Below, one piece after another: positions 10,650 to 20,073 of a stretch of DNA of 64,000 nucleotides. The notes beneath the pieces were generated by a model that worked only from the letters and a program-made list of their open reading frames with translations, was not told where the DNA came from and ran no database searches. Made by a program: the position numbers and the translations under genes. The DNA comes from a bacterium. Lineage in GTDB: Bacteria > Patescibacteriota > Minisyncoccia > Moranbacterales > GWC2-37-73. Position 1 is the stretch's first letter, and the number at the start of each line of letters is the position of its first letter. Location of the stretch: assembly GCA_037140955.1 (NCBI GenBank), contig JBAXDL010000004.1, forward strand, positions 15,268 through 79,267, read 5' to 3'.

Positions 10650-11098
10650 AGCAAGACAAAAGAAATATGCAAGGTTTTTCACTTGTTGAATTGTTAGTTG
10701 TTATTGCTATTGTTTTCGTAATAGCAGCAACAGGAACGAGTGGCTTTTTTTATTTCAAAAAAAATGTGGAAATTGATGTTGATGTTCAAAAAATTGCCAA
10801 TTTGATCAGGAAGGCACAGTTAAAATCAAAAGCAATGACAAATGATAGTCCTTGGGGAATTGAAATTACAAGTAGTGGTGTGACAATATTCAAAGGAACT
10901 GTCTTTGCTGTCAGGCAGCAATCTTTTGATGAAAGTGTTGCAATTAAAGGTCTTGTTGGTGTTTCAGGAAAAACTGAAATAGTGTTTTCAAAGCTCACTG
11001 GTCTTCCTACTGCTAATTCAATTGGCGTGCTATCACTTTATAATGGAATAAATACTAAAAATATTCAAATAAATGAAGAGGGGGTTATCAATTATTAA
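10646..11098 (+). CDS. Type IV pilin (prepilin, class III signal)
   Basis: N-terminal QG|FSLVELLVVIAIV with Glu+5; about 150 aa. Confidence 0.75.
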   Translation: MKQDKRNMQGFSLVELLVVIAIVFVIAATGTSGFFYFKKNVEIDVDVQKIANLIRKAQLKSKAMTNDSPWGIEITSSGVTIFKGTVFAVRQQSFDESVAIKGLVGVSGKTEIVFSKLTGLPTANSIGVLSLYNGINTKNIQINEEGVINY

Positions 11099-12191
11099 TT
11101 TTAAAAATGGTTTTTCATTAGCAGAAGCAATTATTGCTTCTGGCATTTTAATGATAGTTGTTGCTAGTGTTGCAGCTAGCTACTTTTCTGTTAGCAGATA
11201 TGTGCTTGCTGCTGGAGCTGAAGCTCAGGCAACTTTTTTTGCTCAAGAGGGATTGGAGGCTGCACGCAATATTCGTGACAAAGATTTTGCCTTGCTTGTA
11301 GCTGGCACAGTCAATGGTCTTTCTAATGCGGGAAATGTTTGGAATTTTTCAGGCACTCAAGATGTTAAAGGAATTTATACTAGAAAGATTTCAATTGCAG
11401 CTATTGATGCAAACACAAAGGAAGTTTCTGTTCAAATTGATTGGCTCTATAAGGGAGTTGCAAAAACATTAACACTCAAGAGGGAATTTACAAATTGGAG
11501 AAAAACAAAAACTGTTGCAAATAATCCAGTCTCTCGCTGGCCCTTTGATGAAGACACTGGCTGCTCTGCTATGGATTCTTTTGGTTCAAATCATGGAACA
11601 TTAAAACCTGCAACTTGTCCAATTGGTTCTCCAGCTTGGATCAATGGTACAAGTCAAAAAGTTGGGATTTCGGCATTGAACTTTAATAGTGCTGCGACAT
11701 TTAATTATGTGGAAGTTCCAGATGCTAATTCTTTGGATTTATCAACAGCAGGAACAATAATGGCTTGGATTTATCCAACATCGAGCGGTACAACCATGGG
11801 AATCGTGCATAAAGGGGCTGCAACAAACCGTAGCGATGAAGCATATTATCTCAGGATGGAGGATAATAGGAAAATACTTGCTGGTGGAAGGACTGCTATT
11901 AGTGATTTGCTTGAAATCGAAAGTAATTCATTGATTACTTTAAATGCTTGGTCACTTGTTGCTTTTACTTGGGACTCAACTGGCATGAAAATTTATATTA
12001 ATGGTGCGCTTAGTAGCCAGGCAAATAATACTGTTTTTAGCGCTAAAAATTCAGCTGGATCATTGCAGATGGGTGCTCTTTATTCTGGTGCAAGCTCCAA
12101 TAGATTCAGAGGCAGAATTGATGAGGTTTCGATTTATAATACAGCGCTTAGCTTGAGCGAAATTTCAACTATTTATAATGCTCAAAAATAA
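11073..12191 (+). CDS. Pilin-like protein with C-terminal LamG/concanavalin-like lectin domain
   Basis: Prepilin-like N-terminus NG|FSLAEAI; C-terminal region resembles LamG (…RGRIDEVSIYN…). Confidence 0.6.
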   Translation: MKRGLSIINFKNGFSLAEAIIASGILMIVVASVAASYFSVSRYVLAAGAEAQATFFAQEGLEAARNIRDKDFALLVAGTVNGLSNAGNVWNFSGTQDVKGIYTRKISIAAIDANTKEVSVQIDWLYKGVAKTLTLKREFTNWRKTKTVANNPVSRWPFDEDTGCSAMDSFGSNHGTLKPATCPIGSPAWINGTSQKVGISALNFNSAATFNYVEVPDANSLDLSTAGTIMAWIYPTSSGTTMGIVHKGAATNRSDEAYYLRMEDNRKILAGGRTAISDLLEIESNSLITLNAWSLVAFTWDSTGMKIYINGALSSQANNTVFSAKNSAGSLQMGALYSGASSNRFRGRIDEVSIYNTALSLSEISTIYNAQK

Positions 12192-12193
12192 AA

Positions 12194-12700
12194 ATGAAAT
12201 TAGAAAATAAAAAAGGAATAAGCTTGATTGAAACTTTGTTATATGTTGCCATTATGGGAATTTTTGTTGCCGCTATGGTTTCTTTTGTTATGACAAATAA
12301 AAAAGTTAGCAAGCGCAACGAGGTCGTCAGTGAAGTTGAATTTAACGCTCAGTCTATTGTAGAAATTATTTCTCAAGCAACAAGAAATGCTAAATCTATA
12401 AACACGCCAACACTTCAAAGCAGCGCGCAGCAACTTTCTTTGGTAACAGATGTTGCAAGTGAAAATCCAACAATAATTAGCCTATCTGCCGGAAAAATTA
12501 CAATAAAAAGAGGAAATGGAGTTGCTGTTGCTCTTAATACTGACAAGATAGTTATTTCTAATTTAATTTTTAATAATTTTGGCAATGTTGGAACATTGGG
12601 AAGCATTAATTTTCAATTTGATGCAAAATATTTAAATCCTTCAAATGCTCAAGAATTGAATTTTTCTAAAACTTTTTTTGGAACCGCTAGTATAAGATGA
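12194..12700 (+). CDS. Pseudopilin / minor pilin
   Basis: KG|ISLIETL prepilin motif with Glu+5. Confidence 0.6.
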   Translation: MKLENKKGISLIETLLYVAIMGIFVAAMVSFVMTNKKVSKRNEVVSEVEFNAQSIVEIISQATRNAKSINTPTLQSSAQQLSLVTDVASENPTIISLSAGKITIKRGNGVAVALNTDKIVISNLIFNNFGNVGTLGSINFQFDAKYLNPSNAQELNFSKTFFGTASIR

Positions 12701-12704
12701 AATT

Positions 12705-13109
12705 ATGAAAAATAAAAGAAACAAAAATGGATATGTTATGATGTATAGTGTTATTATTTTAGGTAGCATGATTTCAGCAATGGCAATATATATTACTTGG
12801 GTTGGAGTTTTTTCTTTGCAGAACACTGTTTTGCAGAAAAATTCGAAAATAGCTCAAGATCTGGCTGACACCTGCGCTGAAAGTGCATTGATGGTAATTT
12901 GGAACAATATGAATGCATCAGGAACAACAACAAGAAGTAATCTTTTTGGTGGAAGTTGCTTCTATCAAATAAACGTTTTGACCGGAGAGAATCGTGAAAT
13001 TTTTGCTACTGGCGTTGTTGGTGGTGTGACCAGGAAAACCAAAGTTTTGATTGATCAGGTTAATTTGAAGGTTAATGTTTTCTCTTGGCGCGAGGTAGCT
13101 GATTTTTAA
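12705..13109 (+). CDS. Minor pilin-like protein
   Basis: NG|YVMMYSVII hydrophobic N-terminus without Glu+5; position in the pilin cluster. Confidence 0.45.
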   Translation: MKNKRNKNGYVMMYSVIILGSMISAMAIYITWVGVFSLQNTVLQKNSKIAQDLADTCAESALMVIWNNMNASGTTTRSNLFGGSCFYQINVLTGENREIFATGVVGGVTRKTKVLIDQVNLKVNVFSWREVADF

Positions 13110-13125
13110 TAAAATAAAAATTTTT

Positions 13126-15219
13126 ATGAAAATAAAATATGTTAAGGTGAGTTTTTTTTCGATTTTATTGCTTTTATTCTTACTTTTGCTAGTTGGTATC
13201 CTTGGTCGCTATGCCTGGAGGGACATTCAAAATCAAAACACTATAAACCTTGAAGACAGATCAAAGGCGATTGCTAAGATTATCGAAATTCGTCTAAGTC
13301 GCGATAGTTATTTGTTGTATAGTTTGCGTGGATTATATGCTGCCAATGAAAATGTTAGCAGTGAGCAGTTTAGCTCATTTGGTGATGGCGCTCAATTGAC
13401 TGAAAAATTTCCAGGCATTTATGGCATAGAATTCATAGAAAGAGCATCGGTAGAAAACAGTAATTCTTTTTTTGTTAAATATTTTTATCCAAATAATAGT
13501 GAGCGATATGTTCCGGATGTAAATTATTTAAATGATCCAAAAATAAAAGAGGCACTTAGTGAGTCACTTAATAATAATAAGTTGACCATGGCAAATGGTG
13601 TGAGGGTTGCTGGTAGTGATGATTTGAATGACAACTCCATCATTTATTTGCCGATATATAAGAATGGTTTTCCTGTTTCAACAGTAAATGAAAGAAATGA
13701 AACATTGAGTGGTTTTGTTGGCGTTGTTATTGAGAGTAAGGTTTTCTTTGACAGTATAGTGCATTCAGAAGAAATAGATTGGAATAATTTAGATCTATAT
13801 ATTTATAGTGATAAGGCAAGCTTAAGTGCTGACTATGGTAATGATAATTTTTTGTATGATGTTGATAATGAGAACTTTGATAAAAATAAGGCCGAAGTTG
13901 TTTCTTCTTTTGATTTGCCACTGAATATTGCTAACAAGCAATGGTTACTGCATTTTGTTACTGAATTTTCAACAAAGCCTAATAGCCCGGAAAATATTGT
14001 GATGATTGGCTTGATTTTGTTTGGGGTATTTTTTAGTTTTGCTGTCTCAATATCTTTTTATATTTTGGGCACATCAAGAGGTAGGGCTGTTGATCTTGCA
14101 AGGGATATGACGAGCAATTTAAGAAAACAAAAAATTAAATCAGATGAGCTTGCTCGTGATTTGGAAAAATTTCAATTGGCAGTTTCTGAGGCCTTTGATC
14201 ATATTATTATTACCGATGCAGATGGAATTATTTTATATATGAACAAGGCTGCGGAAAAGATAACAGGTTTTTCTTCTAAAGAGGTTCTTGGCAAAAAGGC
14301 GGGATCAAAGGAATTATGGGGAGGAAGAATGGATAGTATTTTTTATCAAAATATGTGGAAAACAATTAAACAGGATAAAAAAGTTTTTGCCGGTGAAATT
14401 ACTAACGTAAGAAAAGATGGACAGGAATATCAAGCCATGGGAAGTATTTCTCCAATAATGGGTGATAATGGTGCGGTAAAGTTTTTTGTCGGCATAGAAA
14501 GGGACACTACAAAGGAAAAAGAAATTGATCGCATGAAATCAGAGTTTGTTTCTGTTGCATCTCATCAATTGCGCACTCCTCTTACTGGAATAAAATGGTT
14601 TACTGAGCTTCTTCTGGAAAACAAAAAAGAAAAGCTTTCCAAAGAGCAACAAGATTATGTTGAAGAAATATATGAAAGTAATAATAGATTAATAGCCTTG
14701 GTTAATGATCTATTAAATGTTTCACGCATTGATAGTGGCAAAAACTTTGAAGTTGAGAAGAAAAATATCGACGTTGTTGGTGTTGTAAATGAGGTTGTGA
14801 ATGAACAGATTGGTTTGGCAAAAGAAAAGGGAATAAGGGTTGTTATGGATGGTGATATTTCAAAAGAAATGCAATTAAATATTGATAGTGTGAAAATCAA
14901 ACAAGTTTTTCAGAATTTAATTAGTAATGCTGTAAAATATTCAAAAGAAAATAGTGAAGTTGTTTTTGGTCGCAAAGATGGAATTGATGATGTTACTTTT
15001 TTTGTAAAAGACTCTGGTTTGGGGATACCACCTGAACAGCAGGATAGGATTTTTGAAAAATTTTTCAGAGCAAGTAATGTTTTGATGACTGGGGCAGAGG
15101 GAACTGGGCTTGGGTTATATATTGCAAAATCAATAGTTGAATCGCATGGTGGAAAGATTTGGTTTGAATCTTCCGAAGGCAATGGTACAACTTTTTTTGT
15201 TAAAATTCCAAAAAAATAA
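13126..15219 (+). CDS. Sensor histidine kinase with periplasmic sensing domain and PAS domain
   Basis: Two TM segments flank a roughly 270-aa extracytoplasmic domain; PAS; H-box SHQLRTPL; HATPase_c N/G1/G2 boxes. Confidence 0.8.
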   Translation: MKIKYVKVSFFSILLLLFLLLLVGILGRYAWRDIQNQNTINLEDRSKAIAKIIEIRLSRDSYLLYSLRGLYAANENVSSEQFSSFGDGAQLTEKFPGIYGIEFIERASVENSNSFFVKYFYPNNSERYVPDVNYLNDPKIKEALSESLNNNKLTMANGVRVAGSDDLNDNSIIYLPIYKNGFPVSTVNERNETLSGFVGVVIESKVFFDSIVHSEEIDWNNLDLYIYSDKASLSADYGNDNFLYDVDNENFDKNKAEVVSSFDLPLNIANKQWLLHFVTEFSTKPNSPENIVMIGLILFGVFFSFAVSISFYILGTSRGRAVDLARDMTSNLRKQKIKSDELARDLEKFQLAVSEAFDHIIITDADGIILYMNKAAEKITGFSSKEVLGKKAGSKELWGGRMDSIFYQNMWKTIKQDKKVFAGEITNVRKDGQEYQAMGSISPIMGDNGAVKFFVGIERDTTKEKEIDRMKSEFVSVASHQLRTPLTGIKWFTELLLENKKEKLSKEQQDYVEEIYESNNRLIALVNDLLNVSRIDSGKNFEVEKKNIDVVGVVNEVVNEQIGLAKEKGIRVVMDGDISKEMQLNIDSVKIKQVFQNLISNAVKYSKENSEVVFGRKDGIDDVTFFVKDSGLGIPPEQQDRIFEKFFRASNVLMTGAEGTGLGLYIAKSIVESHGGKIWFESSEGNGTTFFVKIPKK

Positions 15220-15325
15220 AAATTTGTGTTATTATATAAAATGTAATAAATAAAAATAAAAAAACATGTTGAAAAAAATAGTTAATAGCCTTAGGGGTAA
15301 TAAAAAAATAGTTATTCCAACCCAC

Positions 15326-16342
15326 ATGAAAGCTGCGGTGGTTGAAAAATTTGGAAAGCCACTTGTAATAAAAAATATTCCAGTTCCGAAAATACAACCA
15401 GGTCAAATTTTGGTGAAGGTTGCGGCTTGCGGAGTTTGTCACACTGATTTGCATGCAGCTTCTGGTGATTGGCCAGTAAAGCCAGCTTTGCCATTTGTTC
15501 CTGGTCATGAAGGTGTTGGAACTGTTGTTGAGTTGGGTGAAGGAGTAAAGAACATTAAGGTTGGAGATAGGGTTGGTATTCCATGGTTGCACACATCTTG
15601 TGGTTCTTGCGAGCATTGCATTACAGGCTGGGAAACGCTGTGTGCAAAACAACAAATGACCGGGTATACTGTTAATGGAAGTTTTGCTGAATATGTTTTG
15701 GCTGATCCGAATTATGTTGGTCGCATTCCTGAAAATTTGTCTTTTGTGAATGTTGCTCCAATATTGTGTGCCGGTGTTACGGTTTATAAGGGATTGAAAG
15801 AAACACAGGCAAAACCGGGTGAGTGGGTTGTTGTTTCTGGTGTTGGTGGTCTGGGTCATCTTGCTGTGCAATATGCCAAAGCAATGGGCTTGCGTGTGAT
15901 TGCTGTTGATATCTCTGATAGTAAATTGAAATTAGCCAAAAAAGTTGGTGCAGAATTGGTTTTCAATGCTGACAAGGTTGATGCTGCTGCAGCAATAAAC
16001 AAGGCTATTGGAGGAGCACATGGGGTGCTGGTAACAGCTGTTTCCACAAAAGCCTTTGAGCAAGCAGTGAGCATGCTGCGCAGTCATGGAACAATGTCTT
16101 TGGTCGGATTGCCACCTGGAAAATTTCCAGTTTCAATTTTTGATTTGGTTTTGGGTGCCAAAACTATTCGTGGATCAATCGTTGGGACTCGCAAAGATTT
16201 GGAAGAATGTTTGGAAATAGCAAGTAGAGGATTAGCCAAGGCCACAATCAAAGTTGAAGATCTTTCAAACATCAATTCAATTTTTGAAAGAATGAAAAAA
16301 GGCACTATTGATGGGAGAATTGTTTTGAAAATAGGTAGCTAA
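15326..16342 (+). CDS. adhP: Zinc-dependent alcohol dehydrogenase (AdhP-like)
   Basis: MKAAVV start, GVCHTDLH zinc-binding motif, GHEGVG, GxGxxG Rossmann motif; an upstream in-frame start at 15266 is also possible. Confidence 0.85.
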   Translation: MKAAVVEKFGKPLVIKNIPVPKIQPGQILVKVAACGVCHTDLHAASGDWPVKPALPFVPGHEGVGTVVELGEGVKNIKVGDRVGIPWLHTSCGSCEHCITGWETLCAKQQMTGYTVNGSFAEYVLADPNYVGRIPENLSFVNVAPILCAGVTVYKGLKETQAKPGEWVVVSGVGGLGHLAVQYAKAMGLRVIAVDISDSKLKLAKKVGAELVFNADKVDAAAAINKAIGGAHGVLVTAVSTKAFEQAVSMLRSHGTMSLVGLPPGKFPVSIFDLVLGAKTIRGSIVGTRKDLEECLEIASRGLAKATIKVEDLSNINSIFERMKKGTIDGRIVLKIGS

Positions 16343-16365
16343 TGTTTTTTAAAAAATATTGCAAA

Positions 16366-16398
16366 AAAAGAAGTATCTTTATGGTTACTTCTTTTTTA
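16366..16398 (+). terminator. Intrinsic terminator after adhP
   Basis: gaagta-(10 nt)-tacttc hairpin followed by tttttt. Confidence 0.45.
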
Positions 16399-16489
16399 AT
16401 TATAACTCAAGATATTGACATAATATTTATTTTGGGGCAGAATTAATTGTTCTGCTTTTGGCTGAACTACAAAAAATTGGAGGTTACAA

Positions 16490-16915
16490 ATGGAATATCT
16501 TCTTTTGTTTGTTGGAATCGTTTTCGTTTCTATCGTTGGTGCTTTTTTACAAACGCGTATTAATTCTTGGTGGCTTGTTAGAAAGAGGCAAAATGCTTTA
16601 GCCATGCTTGAGCATTATCAGCTCTTGCTTGTTCAAGCAAGGGATTTGCTTGAACAGGTTCAAAAACTCAATGAGGAAAAAAGATTAAACAAGCCAATTT
16701 GGAGAGAGAAATATGAGTCAATGAACTATATTCATTTGCTCAAAAGATCAATTTGTGGCTGTGAAGAGGCAGCTCAGATGATAGGATTGTTCTTAAAAAA
16801 AGATGACAACGAAAGCGTGGCAATGGCCAGAAGGCACCTTGGCAAATTCACGGTCCATCTTGTCATTCAAATGTTTCGCATGAGGGCATCAATTGATGAT
16901 GCTAAAAAAGATTAG
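16490..16915 (+). CDS. Hypothetical protein with N-terminal TM helix
   Basis: 141 aa; one TM then a charged helical region; no recognised domain. Confidence 0.35.
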   Translation: MEYLLLFVGIVFVSIVGAFLQTRINSWWLVRKRQNALAMLEHYQLLLVQARDLLEQVQKLNEEKRLNKPIWREKYESMNYIHLLKRSICGCEEAAQMIGLFLKKDDNESVAMARRHLGKFTVHLVIQMFRMRASIDDAKKD

Positions 16916-16934
16916 TAAAAAATTACTAAAAACA

Positions 16935-16972
16935 CCTAGTCATTGAATAATGGCTAGGTGTTTTAAATTTAT
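16935..16972 (+). terminator. Intrinsic terminator
   Basis: acacctag-(14 nt)-ctaggtgt 8-bp stem followed by tttt. Confidence 0.5.
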
Positions 16973-17010
16973 TGATAATAAAGCTTTTTTTTGCTAAGAT
17001 ATTCTTATAT

Positions 17011-18126
17011 ATGAATGATGATATTATTAAAATTATTAAAATATTTTTCATTTGGCTGGCGATATTGTTGTCGGTTGGTTTTTTTAGTACCCATTTATCA
17101 ATATACAAGGAGGGAACATGTAACATTAAAAATCAATTGCCATACTACAAATGGGATTCTTTTTGGTACACCTCTATCTCTCGTCATGGGTATACATTTT
17201 CTGAGCAGAAAAATTCAAGTATTGCATTTTTCCCACTCTATCCAATGGTCATAAGGGCAGTGCGCACCATCACTCGTTTACCTCAGGATTATATAAGTTT
17301 TGGTTTGAATATCATTTTCTCCTTTTTATCATCGCTTTATTTGTATCGCCTTGCCAGGTTTGATTATAATGAAAAAAAGAGTCTGGCAATTCTGGTTGTT
17401 TTCTTGTTTTTTCCGCCAGCCTATTTTTTTGTTTCAGGTTATCCGGAAGCTCTCTTTGTGTTGCTGGGAATTGCTAGTTTGTATTTTGCAAGAAAAGGGC
17501 ATTGGGCAAAGGCTGGAATCGCATCAGGATTGCTGGCAATAACAAAGCCCTATGGAATTTTCATGTTTCCAGTTTTAATGTTGGAGTATTTGTGGAGCAG
17601 TGGTTGGGATTTGAAAGTTTTTTACAAAAAAATCAACTGGACACCACTTTTGTTGCCACTTTTTTCTTTTGCTGGCTTTGTGCTTTTTAATTATTTGAAA
17701 TTTGGAGATCCGATCGCATTTTTGAAAACACAAAAAACATGGGGCAGATCACTTGATAATCCAATGGTTGCATTGATCAAGGAATTTGATCATTATATTT
17801 TTGGTGGACACATTCTTTCTGGCAGTAATTTCCCATATGTCGTTTATTTGCTGAGTTTTGTTTTTTCAATTTTTGCTTTGTTTGTTTGCTGGAAAAGAGT
17901 AAGAAAAACATATTTGGTTTTTTCTGGCTTGCTTTTGCTTTCGGCTTTGCTAACTGGCACACTCACAAGTTGGGGTCGCTATATGCTTTTGGCTTTTCCG
18001 ATATTGTTTGGTCCTGCAATTTATTTTTCTCAGAAAAAATGGGTATTTTATTTGTATTTTTTTGTTTCTGCTAGTGTGATGATTTTTTGTGCAAGCTATT
18101 TTGTCAGATGTTTTCCTTTTGAATAA
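17011..18126 (+). CDS. Polytopic membrane protein, GT-C-like (mannosyltransferase-like) glycosyltransferase candidate
   Basis: About 10 predicted TM segments with a conserved-looking periplasmic loop; the ORF could begin at TTG 16972. Confidence 0.4.
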   Translation: MNDDIIKIIKIFFIWLAILLSVGFFSTHLSIYKEGTCNIKNQLPYYKWDSFWYTSISRHGYTFSEQKNSSIAFFPLYPMVIRAVRTITRLPQDYISFGLNIIFSFLSSLYLYRLARFDYNEKKSLAILVVFLFFPPAYFFVSGYPEALFVLLGIASLYFARKGHWAKAGIASGLLAITKPYGIFMFPVLMLEYLWSSGWDLKVFYKKINWTPLLLPLFSFAGFVLFNYLKFGDPIAFLKTQKTWGRSLDNPMVALIKEFDHYIFGGHILSGSNFPYVVYLLSFVFSIFALFVCWKRVRKTYLVFSGLLLLSALLTGTLTSWGRYMLLAFPILFGPAIYFSQKKWVFYLYFFVSASVMIFCASYFVRCFPFE

Positions 18127-18132
18127 AACAAA

Positions 18133-18164
18133 AAAAAGAAGCTCGCTTGAGCTTCTTTTTTTTG
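18133..18164. terminator. Bidirectional intrinsic terminator between convergent genes
   Basis: gaagctcg-ctt-gagcttc hairpin flanked by an A-run and a T-run. Confidence 0.6.
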
Positions 18165-18178
18165 TGATGCAGTTTGTC

Positions 18179-18493
18179 TTACTTTGTTGTCTTTGTTTGC
18201 GTTGTGGTTGTGCTTGTTGTTGTTTTTGTTGGCTCTGGAGCTGGAGTTGCGGTTGTTGCATCAGTTGTTGGTGCAGCTGGGGTAGCATTTTGCTCAACCG
18301 CTGCTGATTGCTTCTTGTCCTTTTTCTTTTTTGAAGAATCGTCCGTCTGCGTACTTTTTGTTGCCCTTCCTGCTCCTAATTTCATTTTTTCATATCTAGT
18401 TCCTGCATAAAACATAACAAGTGCCAGAATTACTATGGCAACTATTGCAATGATTTTTTTGTCATATCCCATGACCTTTCCTTCTAAGTTCAT
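18179..18493 (-). CDS. Membrane-anchored protein with Thr/Ala/Pro/Lys-rich low-complexity tail
   Basis: N-terminal TM (IIAIVAIVILALVMFYAG) then a KKKKDKK and TTTSTTTTQTKTTK tail; the start may be 18472. Confidence 0.45.
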   Translation of the reverse strand: MNLEGKVMGYDKKIIAIVAIVILALVMFYAGTRYEKMKLGAGRATKSTQTDDSSKKKKDKKQSAAVEQNATPAAPTTDATTATPAPEPTKTTTSTTTTQTKTTK

Positions 18494-18579
18494 ATTTTTT
18501 GTTTATTATTTAATTACTAAAGCAGCTTAGCATGTTATTCTGGTTTTCTCAAGTTTTTGTAGGTTTTTCTGATAAACAA

Positions 18580-18610
18580 AAAACAAGACTGCAAGAGTCT
18601 TGTTTTTTTG
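18580..18610. terminator. Bidirectional intrinsic terminator downstream of the DEAD-box helicase gene
   Basis: caagact-gcaag-agtcttg hairpin flanked by A- and T-runs. Confidence 0.55.
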
Positions 18611-18623
18611 CATTGTAAGTTTT

Positions 18624-19844
18624 TTAGACAAAGGTAAGTGCTGTTCCTGTTTTTCCAGCTCGTCCTGTTCGTCCGATGCGGTGGACATAGTCGTCATAGG
18701 TTGCGGGCACATCAAAGTTGATCACGTGGGAAACATTTGGAATGTCCAATCCTCGAGCGGCCACGTCAGTTGCTACCAAAATTTCAACATAATTTTCTTT
18801 GAACAATTTCAAAGCCTTCTGTCTTTTGGCATGAGATTTGTCTCCGTGAATTGACTGAGCCTTGAAACCATTTTTCCCTAGGATGATTGAAAGTTTTTCT
18901 GCACCATGCTTTGTTCTTGAAAAAATCAAAACTTTTGAGAAATTTGCTTTGCGCAAAAGTTCTTGCAAAACTTCAATTTTGTCTTCACCTGGTTTCACTC
19001 TCACCACATCTTGATCAATGTTTGAAGATGTTTCGCGAGTTTTGATTGAGATCTTTATTGGATCATTCAAAAATTCTTGAATCAATTTTTCAATTTCAGG
19101 TGCAAGTGTTGCAGAGAAAAACAAAGTTTGTCTCTTTGGTGCAACAAGTGAAAGAAGATATCTGACATCAGGCATGAATCCCATGTCCAACATGCGATCA
19201 GCTTCATCAAGCACCACGTTTGCAAAACTGTTTAGGTGCAAGTTTTTGCGTTGAATTAAGTCCTTAAGGCGTCCTGGTGTTCCAATCACAACATTGTAGC
19301 GTGAGCGAAGACATTCGATTTGTGTGCGAATGTTTGCGCCACCAACAACAACCACACTTCCAATGCGAAGACCAGCAGCAAAAGCTCTGAATTCTTCTTG
19401 AATTTGAATAGCAAGTTCTCGTGTTGGCACAACCACAAGCAATTTCTCGCTTGGATTTTTGATGATTTTATCAAGCATTGGAATCAAGAATGCTCCTGTT
19501 TTCCCGGTTCCTGTGTTTGCCAAACCAATCAAATCTTTTCCTGCCAAAATGTGAGGAATAGTTTTGTCTTGAATTGGAGTTGGGTGTTCAAATTTTCGAA
19601 GAGCAATATTGTTTTTGATTGATTGCTCAACTTTGAAATCTGCAAAGATTGTGTCAGGAACATATTTTTCCTCAGCAACTTGCGGAACTGCTTTGTTGAT
19701 AAAGCGACTAATATCAATATAGTTTCCGGTAAAACGTTTTTTGCGTCCACCACCATTATTGAATGAATTTTTTTGTCCACCTTGAAATGGCGCTCTTGAG
19801 CGCGTCGGACGTGAACTGCCCGCTTTGAAGTTTCTGCTATGCAT
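18624..19844 (-). CDS. DEAD-box ATP-dependent RNA helicase
   Basis: Q-motif, Walker A ANTGTGKT, DEAD box VLDEADRMLDMGF, SAT, HRIGRTGR; Arg/Gly-rich N-terminus; the ORF extends to a TTG at 19859. Confidence 0.9.
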   Translation of the reverse strand: MHSRNFKAGSSRPTRSRAPFQGGQKNSFNNGGGRKKRFTGNYIDISRFINKAVPQVAEEKYVPDTIFADFKVEQSIKNNIALRKFEHPTPIQDKTIPHILAGKDLIGLANTGTGKTGAFLIPMLDKIIKNPSEKLLVVVPTRELAIQIQEEFRAFAAGLRIGSVVVVGGANIRTQIECLRSRYNVVIGTPGRLKDLIQRKNLHLNSFANVVLDEADRMLDMGFMPDVRYLLSLVAPKRQTLFFSATLAPEIEKLIQEFLNDPIKISIKTRETSSNIDQDVVRVKPGEDKIEVLQELLRKANFSKVLIFSRTKHGAEKLSIILGKNGFKAQSIHGDKSHAKRQKALKLFKENYVEILVATDVAARGLDIPNVSHVINFDVPATYDDYVHRIGRTGRAGKTGTALTFV

Positions 19845-20044
19845 GTATATTTTTAACAAAACAAACTAGGAAAGAAGTTTCCAAGCAAGCATCGTATACA
19901 TAAAAAATTAAATTTTCATTCTCAAATCACTAGCAGGTGAAATGAAAACTAGTTTTATGTATAGATACGCTTGATGAGCTAACAACTGAAGGTATTAACA
20001 TAAAAAGCAATTGTAATACGTTTGGGTTGTCTTGTCAAGGAAAG

Positions 20045-20073
20045 TTGACAAAAGCCTTGCAGTGAAATACAAT
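20045..20073 (+). promoter_or_regulatory. Consensus sigma70-type promoter TTGACA-17-TACAAT, overlapped by a 7-bp inverted repeat
   Basis: TTGACA at 20045..20050, TACAAT at 20068..20073; TTGTCAA-ggaaag-TTGACAA palindrome at 20032..20051. Confidence 0.55.

Noticed and set aside
15200-15871. 223-aa minus-strand ORF
   Set aside because: It lies antisense to both the kinase 3' end and adhP. It has a low-complexity composition, no motif and no RBS, so it is a spurious antisense frame.
18089-18410. Cys/Val-rich plus-strand ORFs (18089..18307 and 18174..18410)
   Set aside because: These are alternate frames of the repetitive GTT/TGT-rich DNA that encodes the Thr-rich tail on the minus strand. There is no start context.
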